Below, piece after piece: positions 18,641 to 27,329 of a DNA stretch of 64,000 nucleotides. The translations under genes and the position numbers were made by a program. The notes under the pieces are model-generated. The model was not told the DNA's origin. It worked only from the letters and a program-made list of their open reading frames with translations, and ran no database searches. Numbering within the stretch: the stretch's first letter is position 1; each line of letters opens with the position of its first letter. The DNA lies in assembly GCA_918244965.1 (NCBI GenBank), contig CAKJYC010000002.1:28197-92196 (forward strand). Direction: 5' to 3'. This stretch comes from Clostridiales bacterium. GTDB lineage: Bacteria > Bacillota > Clostridia > Christensenellales > CAG-138.

Positions 18641-20878
18641 ATGTTTGCCGAAGTGATCGTTGACATTGCGCATACCGCCGTGGACCGCAGGTTCACCTAT
18701 CGCATTCCGGACGATCTTCCCGTCACGCAGGGACACCATGTGTTCGTCCCGTTCGGACAGGGAGACCATATGAAGGAAGGCTTTGTCGTTGCGCTGAAAC
18801 ACACTTCGGACTATCCGGAGATCAAGGACATCGCAAGGATCATCGAGCCGTATCCCGTGCTTTTGCAGGAACAGATCGCGCTTGCGGAATGGATGAAGGA
18901 CGCATATCACTGTCTGTTCGTCGACGCGCTCCGGCTGATGATCCCCGCCCAGCTGCGCGGTATGCGCATCAAGGAAAAGAAGGTCCGCACCGTCGCGCTT
19001 GCAGACGGCGTCGATCCGGAAGCCGCGCTGACCGCGCTTGAAAAAGCGCCGGTACAAAAGCGCATCCTTGAGATCATCGCAAGGATCGGCGCGGAAGCCT
19101 CGGTCCCGGACCTGAACCGGTTCTGCCCCGGCTGCACGCCCGCCGTGAACGCGCTGATCAAGAAAGGATTCCTGACCGAGCAGAGTGAAACAGTCTTTCG
19201 CCGTCCTGCAAAGTACCGCATCCATACGCCGGACTACGCGCTGACCGACGCGCAAAGCATTGCGGCTGACGCGGTCAAAGCGGCGGTCGAAGCCGGACAG
19301 GGCAATGTGTTGCTGCTGCACGGCGTCACCGGCAGCGGCAAAACGGAGGTCTATCTCCATGCGATCGCGGACTGTCTTGCGCTCGGCAAGCAGGCGATCG
19401 TACTGGTGCCGGAGATTTCGCTGACGCCGCAGACCGTCGGTCGATTCACCGACCGGTTCGGAGAGCGGATCGCCGTACTGCACAGCCATCTTTCCGCAGG
19501 CGAACGGTTCGATGAATGGCGGCGTATCCGGCTCGGTCTTGCGGACATCGTGATCGGCGCGCGCAGCGCCGTCTTCGCGCCGGTGGAGCGGCTCGGTTTG
19601 ATCATCATCGACGAGGAGCACGAATCAAGCTATCAGAGCGAATCACAGCCGCCCTACCTTGCGACCGAGATCGCAGCAAAGCGCGTGAAAGCGCTCGGCG
19701 GCGCGCTTCTTTTGGGCAGCGCTACCCCGTCGCTTCTGAGCTATTCGCGCGCGCTGTCCGGAAAGTATACGCTTCTCACACTGCCCGACCGGATCGCCGG
19801 ACGACCGCTGCCGACGGTGGAGACCGTCAACATGCGCGACGAGCTTCTGATGGGGAACAACAGCATCTTTTCCGATAAGCTGACCGAGCGTCTTTCCGAA
19901 TGTATTGCCGTCGGACAGCAGGCAATGCTGTTCATCAACCGGCGCGGGTATGCAACCTTTGTGAGCTGCCGCAGCTGCGGATATGTCCTGAAATGCGACA
20001 ACTGCGATATTTCGATGACATACCATAAGTCCGAGCTGCGCACACGCTGTCACTACTGCGGCGCGACAAAGCCTCTGCCGAAGGAGTGTCCGAACTGCAA
20101 AAAGCCGTTTATCAAGCAGTTCGGCGTCGGTACCGAGCAGGTCGAGGAGGCCGTACACCGGCTCTTCCCCTCGGTACGCACGCTGCGCATGGACACGGAC
20201 ACGATGCGCGAGAAGGGCAGTTATGAAAAGCTGCTTTCCGCATTTCACCGCGGCGACGCGCAGGTGCTGATCGGCACGCAGATGATTGCAAAGGGGCACG
20301 ACTTTCCGAACGTCACGCTGGTCGGCATCGTCGCGGCCGACACAACGCTGAATCTGCCGGATTACCGGTCGCCGGAACGGACGTTCCAGCTGCTGACACA
20401 GGTTGCCGGACGTGCCGGACGCGACAATCTGCCCGGACGCGTCGTGCTGCAGACGTACGAGCCGAACCATCCGATCATCCGGTTTGCGAAGGCGCAGGAT
20501 TACGTCGGCTTCTACCACTATGAGATCATGGAGCGAAAAAAGCTCCTGTACCCTCCGTTTTCGCTCTTTCTTCGCATCGTGTTTACCGATCGCGATGAAA
20601 ACAAAGCGGAACAGGGATGTCTTGAATACGCCAAAACGCTGGAGGCCGTGCTAAAGGAAACGCTCGGCGACGAAGGCGAACAGGACCTTTTGCTGCTGGT
20701 CGCCGCACAGGCGCCGATTGCAAGAATCTCCGGGTATTCACGATACCAGATCGTCATCAAGCTGCTGCGGACGAGACGTCTGCCCGCAGCAGTCAAGGCG
20801 ATTACCTCCTTCCACGACCTTCACCGGGATAAATGCGGCGAGGTCCGGCTTGAAATCAATCCTCAGGAGATGTTTTGA
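18641..20878 (+). CDS. priA: Primosomal replication restart helicase PriA
   Basis: Walker A GVTGSGKT, IIDEEH, Cys-rich zinc region CRSCGYVLKCDNCD...CHYCG...CPNC. Confidence 0.95.
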   Translation: MFAEVIVDIAHTAVDRRFTYRIPDDLPVTQGHHVFVPFGQGDHMKEGFVVALKHTSDYPEIKDIARIIEPYPVLLQEQIALAEWMKDAYHCLFVDALRLMIPAQLRGMRIKEKKVRTVALADGVDPEAALTALEKAPVQKRILEIIARIGAEASVPDLNRFCPGCTPAVNALIKKGFLTEQSETVFRRPAKYRIHTPDYALTDAQSIAADAVKAAVEAGQGNVLLLHGVTGSGKTEVYLHAIADCLALGKQAIVLVPEISLTPQTVGRFTDRFGERIAVLHSHLSAGERFDEWRRIRLGLADIVIGARSAVFAPVERLGLIIIDEEHESSYQSESQPPYLATEIAAKRVKALGGALLLGSATPSLLSYSRALSGKYTLLTLPDRIAGRPLPTVETVNMRDELLMGNNSIFSDKLTERLSECIAVGQQAMLFINRRGYATFVSCRSCGYVLKCDNCDISMTYHKSELRTRCHYCGATKPLPKECPNCKKPFIKQFGVGTEQVEEAVHRLFPSVRTLRMDTDTMREKGSYEKLLSAFHRGDAQVLIGTQMIAKGHDFPNVTLVGIVAADTTLNLPDYRSPERTFQLLTQVAGRAGRDNLPGRVVLQTYEPNHPIIRFAKAQDYVGFYHYEIMERKKLLYPPFSLFLRIVFTDRDENKAEQGCLEYAKTLEAVLKETLGDEGEQDLLLLVAAQAPIARISGYSRYQIVIKLLRTRRLPAAVKAITSFHDLHRDKCGEVRLEINPQEMF

Positions 20879-20880
20879 GT

Positions 20881-22698
20881 ATGAAGAAATATGATCGATA
20901 TAAACCGCTGTTCCTTCCCGCACTGAAGGGTGCAGGCAAGTATTTCCTGCTCAGTGCGGTCGAGGTCGTTCTTGCAATCTTTGCGCTGTACTGCGCCTCG
21001 ATCGTAACGAGCTATACGCTTGACTGGGTCCTTCTCGGTCAGAATCCATCTATCCCCGCGCCGCTCTTTCAATGGCTGAAGTCGCTCGGTCCGCTCGGCC
21101 GCAGCTACTGGCTCTGCGGTCTCGCCTTCCTGCTGTTCACGATGCTGAACGGTTTGTTTACGCTGCTCCGGCGAACGCATGTCGCGAAGGGTGCCGAGCA
21201 CATGGCCAAGGTCATGCGCGATACGCTTTATCGCAAGCTGAACGCCGTCCCGTACGATTATCACAAGCATGTCTCGACCGGCGACCTCGTACAGCGCTGT
21301 ACATCCGATGTGGATACGGTGCGCAAGTTCGTCACGAACCAGCTGATCGAAATCGTCCGGGTCATCGTGATGTTTGTCGTCGCGGCGGCGCTGATGTTCG
21401 CGATCCGTTGGGAAATGGCGCTGATTTCCATGGCGGTCATGCCGATCCTGACTGTTTCGAGCTTTCTCTATTTCCGTTATGTGCGCAAGTACTTCACCGA
21501 GGTCGACGAGGCCGAAGGCGCGCTTTCCACCGCCGTGCAGGAGAATCTGACCGGTGTGCGCGTGGTTCGCGCGTTCGGACAGCAGCGCGCCGAATACGAC
21601 AAGTTCACAAGACTGAATCAGGATTTCTGCAAGAAGAACATCCGGCTTGTGAAACTGCTGGGCTTATACTGGGGCAGCTCGGATGCGATCGGCTATCTGC
21701 AGATCGCGCTGTCGCTGGTGCTCGGCGTTCTGTTCTATGTCAAAACGCGCGGCACGGCACATCCGTTTTCGCTCGGCGATATCTACCTGTTCCTTGCGCT
21801 GACGAGCCGCCTGACATGGCCGGTGCGTCAACTCGGCCGTGTGCTTGCCGACATGGGCAAGGCGACGGTCTCGCTGGACCGTCTCAACGAGATCATGAAC
21901 GCGGACAATGAAACCGAGCCCGGCAAGGCGAAGACGAACTGCGATCTGAACGGCGATATCGTGTTTACAGACGTCACCTTCGGCTATGACAAGCCGAACG
22001 ACGTACTGGACGGGATCAGCTTCACGGCCAAGGCCGGTCAGACGATCGGCATTTTGGGCAGCACCGGCAGCGGAAAGAGCTCGCTGGTACAGCTTCTGCA
22101 AAGGCTCTACCCCGTTACGGGCGGCGAGATCACCATCAACGGTACGCCGATCAACGACATTGACCACCACCTGCTGCGTAAAAACATTGCGATCGTGCTG
22201 CAGGAACCGTTCCTGTACTCGCGATCCATCCGGGAAAACATCATGCTGACCGCGCCGGATGCGACCGAAGCGGAGCTGTTCGAGGCTGCGCGCGAAGCAG
22301 CCGTGCATGACGTCATCGAGAAGTTTGCGGACGGCTACGAAACCGTCGTCGGCGAACGCGGCGTGACGCTTTCGGGCGGACAGCAGCAGCGCGTCGCCAT
22401 TGCACGTGCGCTGATGCAGAAAGCGCCGATCATGATCTTTGACGATTCCATGAGCGCCGTCGACACCGAGACCGATGCAAAGATCCGTACCGCCTTGCGG
22501 AGCCATCACGGCAACGGGATCCTGTTCATTATCTCGCACCGCATCACAACGCTGCACGAGGCGGACCGGATCCTGGTCCTTGATCACGGCAAGCTGGTCC
22601 AGAACGGGACACATGACGAACTGATTCGCGAGGAGGGCCTGTACCGGCGCATTGCCGAGATCCAGGATTACCGCGCGGAAGGAGGTGAACAGGCATGA
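20881..22698 (+). CDS. ABC exporter permease/ATPase fusion, subunit with a degenerate Walker B
   Basis: Six-helix TMD followed by an NBD. Walker A GSTGSGKSS, signature LSGGQQQR, Walker B IMIFDDS (Asp where the catalytic Glu is expected). ATG at 20881 with AGGAGA upstream is preferred over TTG at 20875. Confidence 0.9.
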   Translation: MKKYDRYKPLFLPALKGAGKYFLLSAVEVVLAIFALYCASIVTSYTLDWVLLGQNPSIPAPLFQWLKSLGPLGRSYWLCGLAFLLFTMLNGLFTLLRRTHVAKGAEHMAKVMRDTLYRKLNAVPYDYHKHVSTGDLVQRCTSDVDTVRKFVTNQLIEIVRVIVMFVVAAALMFAIRWEMALISMAVMPILTVSSFLYFRYVRKYFTEVDEAEGALSTAVQENLTGVRVVRAFGQQRAEYDKFTRLNQDFCKKNIRLVKLLGLYWGSSDAIGYLQIALSLVLGVLFYVKTRGTAHPFSLGDIYLFLALTSRLTWPVRQLGRVLADMGKATVSLDRLNEIMNADNETEPGKAKTNCDLNGDIVFTDVTFGYDKPNDVLDGISFTAKAGQTIGILGSTGSGKSSLVQLLQRLYPVTGGEITINGTPINDIDHHLLRKNIAIVLQEPFLYSRSIRENIMLTAPDATEAELFEAAREAAVHDVIEKFADGYETVVGERGVTLSGGQQQRVAIARALMQKAPIMIFDDSMSAVDTETDAKIRTALRSHHGNGILFIISHRITTLHEADRILVLDHGKLVQNGTHDELIREEGLYRRIAEIQDYRAEGGEQA

Positions 22699-24563
22699 GT
22701 TACGAAAACGAGGTCGAATTCAATCAGAAAGAAAAGATGGATTCCAAGCTGTGGAAGCGTCTGTTCGGTTATGCGATGCGCAACCGTGCTTTGTTCGTCC
22801 GCATCCTGGTCAGTATGCTGATCGTTGCGATCATCGACGCGCTCTACCCCATCCTGACGCGATATGCGATCGACCGGTTCGTGCGACCGGACGCCGCGCC
22901 GAGCACAGACGGCATTTGGGTGTTCTTCGCCGTCTATGCAGCGCTCGTTCTCCTGCAGGGCTTCTGCACGATGCGGTTTATCGGACGGTCCGGCGAAATG
23001 GAGATGGCGATCTCCTATGCGATCCGTCAGGAAGCGTATCGCAAGCTGCAGACGCTGTCGTTCTCGTTCTATGACAAGACCTCCGCAGGCTACCTGATGG
23101 CGCGCATGGTCAGCGACGTTGCAAGGCTGTCCGACATGATCGCATGGAGCATCACGGACTTTTTATGGTGCGGGTTCTATATGCTGTTCTGCTTTGCCGC
23201 GATGTTCTGGTTCAACTGGAAGCTGGCGCTGATCGTCATGGCTGTCATTCCGCCGCTTGCGATCGTCAGCCTGTATCTGCAAAAACGAATCCTTCGCTAT
23301 CAGCGTGTGGCGAGAAAGCACAATTCCCGCATCACAAGTGCGTTCAACGAAGGGATCATGGGCGCAATGACGACCAAAACGCTGGTCCGCGAGGAGAAGA
23401 ACGCCGCCGAATTTGAAACGATCACGTCGGATATGCGAAAGGCAAGCGTAAAGGCGTCCGTGCTGTCCGCAACGTTTTTCCCGCTGGTGATTTCGCTCGG
23501 CGCGGTCGGAACGAGCTTTGCTCTGATCTTCGGCGGCGCGGGCGTGCAGGCAACGCTCGGCGGATCGGAAACCTTCCTCGGCATCATCACAGCCGGTACG
23601 CTTGTATCGTTTATCAACTATGCGTCGAGCCTGTTCGACCCGATCCAGCAGCTTGCCGGCATCTTTGCCGACATGCAGAGCGCGCAGGCGAGCGCGGAGC
23701 GTGTGCTGAGCCTTCTGGATACGGAATCCGAGGTGCAGGACACGCCGGAGGCCGAAGCAAAATACGGGACGTCCATGGATCCGAAACGCGAGAACTGGGA
23801 GCCGATCAACGGTGAGATCACATTTGATCACGTCGATTTCTTCTATAAGGAATCGGAACCGCTTCTCAGAGATTTCAATCTGCACATCCGCGCAGGCGAA
23901 ACCGTCGCGTTGGTCGGTGAGACCGGCGCCGGCAAGAGCACGATCGTCAACCTGATCTGCCGCTTCTATGAGCCCAAAAAAGGCCGGATCCTGATCGACG
24001 GCAAGGATTATCGCGAACGTTCGCAGCTTTGGCTGCAGTCCTCGCTCGGCTATGTTTTGCAGCAGCCCCACCTGTTCTCCGGTACGATCCGTGACAACAT
24101 CCGCTTCGGACGACCCGATGCTGACGATACAAGCGTCCACCGCGCAGCCGCGATGGTGCACGCAGATGCGTTCATCGAGCGACAGCAGAAGGGCTACGAT
24201 ACCGAGGTCGGCGAAGGCGGCGTTCGCCTTTCGACCGGTCAGAAACAGCTGATCTCCTTTGCGCGCGTGATCCTGGCTGACCCGCAGATCTTTGTGCTTG
24301 ACGAAGCGACCAGCTCCATCGACACGGAAACCGAACAGCTGATCCAAAGCGCGATCACAGAGGTTCTGCGCGGCCGTACAAGCATCGTCGTGGCGCACCG
24401 TCTTTCGACGATCCGCAATGCCGACCGCATCCTTGTGATCCGCCGCAACGGTGCGATCGTCGAAGAGGGCGATCACGAGACGCTGCTGAAAAAGGGCGGA
24501 TACTATCACGATCTGTACATGCATCAGTATCAGGAGGATGCGATGCAGGAAGCGCTGAAATAA
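22695..24563 (+). CDS. ABC exporter permease/ATPase fusion, subunit with a consensus Walker B and a degenerate signature
   Basis: Walker A GETGAGKST, signature LSTGQKQL (non-canonical), Walker B IFVLDEATS. ATGA overlap with the upstream ABC gene. RBS GGAAGGAGG. Confidence 0.9.
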   Translation: MSYENEVEFNQKEKMDSKLWKRLFGYAMRNRALFVRILVSMLIVAIIDALYPILTRYAIDRFVRPDAAPSTDGIWVFFAVYAALVLLQGFCTMRFIGRSGEMEMAISYAIRQEAYRKLQTLSFSFYDKTSAGYLMARMVSDVARLSDMIAWSITDFLWCGFYMLFCFAAMFWFNWKLALIVMAVIPPLAIVSLYLQKRILRYQRVARKHNSRITSAFNEGIMGAMTTKTLVREEKNAAEFETITSDMRKASVKASVLSATFFPLVISLGAVGTSFALIFGGAGVQATLGGSETFLGIITAGTLVSFINYASSLFDPIQQLAGIFADMQSAQASAERVLSLLDTESEVQDTPEAEAKYGTSMDPKRENWEPINGEITFDHVDFFYKESEPLLRDFNLHIRAGETVALVGETGAGKSTIVNLICRFYEPKKGRILIDGKDYRERSQLWLQSSLGYVLQQPHLFSGTIRDNIRFGRPDADDTSVHRAAAMVHADAFIERQQKGYDTEVGEGGVRLSTGQKQLISFARVILADPQIFVLDEATSSIDTETEQLIQSAITEVLRGRTSIVVAHRLSTIRNADRILVIRRNGAIVEEGDHETLLKKGGYYHDLYMHQYQEDAMQEALK

Positions 24564-24574
24564 GCCAAAACGAC

Positions 24575-24604
24575 AAACCGGCCGGGGATTTCCCGGCCGG
24601 TTTT
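24575..24604. terminator. Bidirectional rho-independent terminator between the ABC pair (+) and the XRE regulator (-)
   Basis: 9-bp stem ccggccggg / cccggccgg with a 5-nt loop, flanked by A3 upstream and T4 downstream. Confidence 0.7.
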
Positions 24605-24617
24605 CTGTTGTACCGAT

Positions 24618-25685
24618 TTACAGGTATTTGACCTGCAGTGAACCGAAGTTCACGTCCGCGCGGATGATGATCGTCTGCGATGCGTCGGGATCCGGATCGC
24701 CGGTGACCGTGACGGCTGCAAACGATGTATCGGACGATTTGACGAGCCGTACGCTGCGCGGCAGAAGGACCGTGATGTTGCCGAAGTTCTGATCGACCTT
24801 CAGAAGACAATCCTGCGCGAAGGTGATGACGTTGCGCAGATCGACCGTGTAGTCGCCGAAGTTGGAATCTATGCTGCCGCCGCAGAGCACGTCGCGCTCA
24901 TAGGTGATGACGCCGTTGCCGAAGCTCATTTCCGCGTCCAGATAGTTGTTGTCGTCCGAATACTGCATGGTCGGCGTGTGATCGGAATGGGCGCTGCACT
25001 TTGAGGCGTGCTTCGATTTTCTTCTGATAAAGTGCTTTTTCCCTATGATCACCATCACAAGCCCGACGATCGCAAAGAACAGCACCACATAGTACCAGCG
25101 GATCGCGGGAAGCTCGCAGACCTGATAGCCGATCAGGACGCGGCGGACGAATTCATAGCCGCCGAACGCCATCAGCGTTACAGAGAATGTGATGCTGGAC
25201 GTCAGACTGGAAAAGCCAAGCGTAAATACCAGCAGCGGCCAGATGTAGTTCCAGCCCTTCAGGGTCATCGTTTCGCTTTCGATGTACGGGAAGATCGTGT
25301 TCGGCGCAATGCTGTGCAGCAGCATGAACAGGCAGATGACGATCGCGCCGATGCAGAACGCGATGGTCGACCAGCGGCCGCTGCGCTTGTTCCACTCGAA
25401 GCTGAAGCTGCCGTTGCGCTTCTTTTCGCTCTTGGGCGTTTCATCCTTATCCAATATAATGACGTGCGGTTCGACCGGCTTGACGCCTAAAAGCTCGTCC
25501 ACCGATACGTCGAACAGATCGGCAAGCAGCGGCAGGAGCGTAATGTCCGGACAGCTGACGTCGTTCTCCCACTTGCTGACTGCCTGCGCGGAGACGCCGA
25601 CCTTTTCAGCGAGCTGTTCCTGTGTAAGTCCTTTTTCTTTTCTGAGTCTGGCAATGCGCTTGCCAAGCGTTTCTTTTTGTTCCAT
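24618..25685 (-). CDS. Membrane-anchored XRE-family transcriptional regulator with a C-terminal LiaF-like (DUF2154/toast-rack type) domain
   Basis: N-terminal HTH LGKRIARLRKEKGLTQEQLAEKVGVSAQAVSKWEN, about four hydrophobic helices, and a beta-rich C-terminus (FGDYTVDLRNV...FGNITVLLP...VNFGSLQVKYL). Start at 25685 follows AAAGGAGGAAACAC. Confidence 0.85.
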   Translation of the reverse strand: MEQKETLGKRIARLRKEKGLTQEQLAEKVGVSAQAVSKWENDVSCPDITLLPLLADLFDVSVDELLGVKPVEPHVIILDKDETPKSEKKRNGSFSFEWNKRSGRWSTIAFCIGAIVICLFMLLHSIAPNTIFPYIESETMTLKGWNYIWPLLVFTLGFSSLTSSITFSVTLMAFGGYEFVRRVLIGYQVCELPAIRWYYVVLFFAIVGLVMVIIGKKHFIRRKSKHASKCSAHSDHTPTMQYSDDNNYLDAEMSFGNGVITYERDVLCGGSIDSNFGDYTVDLRNVITFAQDCLLKVDQNFGNITVLLPRSVRLVKSSDTSFAAVTVTGDPDPDASQTIIIRADVNFGSLQVKYL

Positions 25686-25716
25686 GAAAGTGTTTCCTCC
25701 TTTTTTCGATGGCTGT

Positions 25717-25745
25717 ATCGTACCAGATTTTCCCTGCAAAAGCAA
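25717..25745 (-). promoter_or_regulatory. Candidate sigma-A-type promoter for the XRE regulator gene
   Basis: On the - strand, TTGCTT-17 nt-TACGAT. The -35 overlaps the first unit of the 32-bp repeat array. Confidence 0.3.
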
Positions 25746-25869
25746 TCGACCTTCGGTTGTATTTGTCATTTTTTCTCTACACATGCGGTTGAATTGTAAT
25801 AAACGCCTCTCCACATTCGGTTGTATGCGCTTGTTTTACTCTCTACGTGCAGTTGTTTCACAGCTTTTG
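25742..25869. repeat. Four direct repeat units with exact 32-bp phasing (consensus core CTCTnCACnTnCGGTTGnAT)
   Basis: The core CGGTTG/CAGTTG starts at 25754, 25786, 25818 and 25850. Units 2-4 also share an upstream CTCT(A/C)(C/T)AC block. Confidence 0.7.
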
Positions 25870-25890
25870 ACAGTTATTTTATCGTTTTTG

Positions 25891-25919
25891 TTTACAAAGG
25901 TCAAGAAAAACTGTATAAT
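25891..25919 (+). promoter_or_regulatory. Sigma-A-type promoter for def-fmt and downstream genes
   Basis: TTTACA-17 nt-TATAAT, 24 nt upstream of ATG 25944. GGAGGAAG RBS. Confidence 0.55.
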
Positions 25920-25943
25920 AATATGTTGAAATGGAGGAAGTAT

Positions 25944-26405
25944 ATGGCATTACGAATCATTCGCAAAAATGACGATCCCGTTCTGTACAAGGTATGCAAG
26001 GAAGTCAGGAAATTTGACGCGCGCCTTTCCGAACTGATTGATGATATGATTGAAACAATGAACGACGCGGACGGAGTCGGCCTTGCTGCGCCGCAGGTCG
26101 GCGTGCTCAAGCGTGTCGCCGTCATCGACGTCGGCGACGGTCCCGTTGAGATGGTGAATCCCGTCATTCTCGATTCCTCCGGTGAGCAGGGCGGCATGGA
26201 AGGCTGTCTGAGCTTCCCCGGCGAGAGCGGTTATGTCGTTCGTCCGAATTGGGTCAAGGTCGAAGCGTACGACCGTCACGGCGATCTGTATGAATACGAG
26301 GGCGAAGGGCTCTTTGCCCGCGCCGTCTTTCACGAGACCGACCACCTTGACGGCAAGGTATATCTGCGTCTCAGAACGGAACCGCCGAAGGATTTCAAGG
26401 AGTAA
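25944..26405 (+). CDS. def: Peptide deformylase
   Basis: Motifs GVGLAAPQ, EGCLSFPG, HETDHLDG. The internal ATG at 25944 has a strong RBS, and the upstream track extension is AT-rich non-coding sequence. Confidence 0.95.
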   Translation: MALRIIRKNDDPVLYKVCKEVRKFDARLSELIDDMIETMNDADGVGLAAPQVGVLKRVAVIDVGDGPVEMVNPVILDSSGEQGGMEGCLSFPGESGYVVRPNWVKVEAYDRHGDLYEYEGEGLFARAVFHETDHLDGKVYLRLRTEPPKDFKE

Positions 26406-26408
26406 CGC

Positions 26409-27329
26409 ATGCGCATCGCTTTTCTCGGAACACCTGAATTCGCTCTTCCCTCCCTTGCTGCGCTGATCGCGCGCGGGGAGACGCTTTGCGTGTTCACACA
26501 GCCGGATCGGCCGGTCGGACGAAAAGCAATCCTGACGCCGCCGCCGGTCAAGGTGCTTGCTGAGCAAAACGGCATTCCCGTGTTCCAGTTTGAGCGTATC
26601 CATTCATCGGAAGGACTCGAAGCGATGCGTGCGTTCGGTCCCGATCTCGTTGTGACCGCAGCGTTCGGACAGCTGTTCTCCGCAAAGAATCTCGAAATCC
26701 CGCCGCTCGGCACGATCAATGTCCATGGCTCGCTTCTGCCGAAATACCGCGGCGCATCGCCGATCCAGAGTGCGATCATTGCGGGTGAAGCGGAAACCGG
26801 CGTGACGACCATGCTGACCGCGATCGGTATGGACACCGGTGACATTCTTCTGCAGGCTGCGACGCCGATCGAACCGGACGAAACCTACGGTCAGCTTTCC
26901 GACCGTCTTGCCGCCATTGGCGCGGATCTGCTGTTGAAAACGCTTGACGCGCTCGAAACCGGAACGCTCAACCGCACGCCGCAGGACCCGGACAAAGCGA
27001 CCGTTTGCCACATGCTGACCAAGCAGGACGGTCATATCGACGCATTGCATTCGGCAAAGGCCGTTCATGACCTTGTGCGCGGTACGAATCCGTGGCCCGG
27101 CGCATTCGTTCTGCTCGACGGTCAGCCGCTGAAGATCTATGAAACAAAGCGCACGGACACCGTCTTTTCCGATGCGCCCGGTACGCTTCGTACGTCGGAC
27201 GGCAAGCTGTACCTCTGTTGTGCCAACGGCGCGCTTGAGATCGTGTCGCTGCAGGCCAGCGGAAAAAAGCGGATGGACGCCGGCGTATTCCTGCGCGGCT
27301 GCCCGCTGGACGGGAAAACGGTATGCTGA
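26409..27329 (+). CDS. fmt: Methionyl-tRNA formyltransferase
   Basis: MRIAFLGTPEFALPSL, INVHGSLLPKYRGASPIQ. Confidence 0.97.
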   Translation: MRIAFLGTPEFALPSLAALIARGETLCVFTQPDRPVGRKAILTPPPVKVLAEQNGIPVFQFERIHSSEGLEAMRAFGPDLVVTAAFGQLFSAKNLEIPPLGTINVHGSLLPKYRGASPIQSAIIAGEAETGVTTMLTAIGMDTGDILLQAATPIEPDETYGQLSDRLAAIGADLLLKTLDALETGTLNRTPQDPDKATVCHMLTKQDGHIDALHSAKAVHDLVRGTNPWPGAFVLLDGQPLKIYETKRTDTVFSDAPGTLRTSDGKLYLCCANGALEIVSLQASGKKRMDAGVFLRGCPLDGKTVC

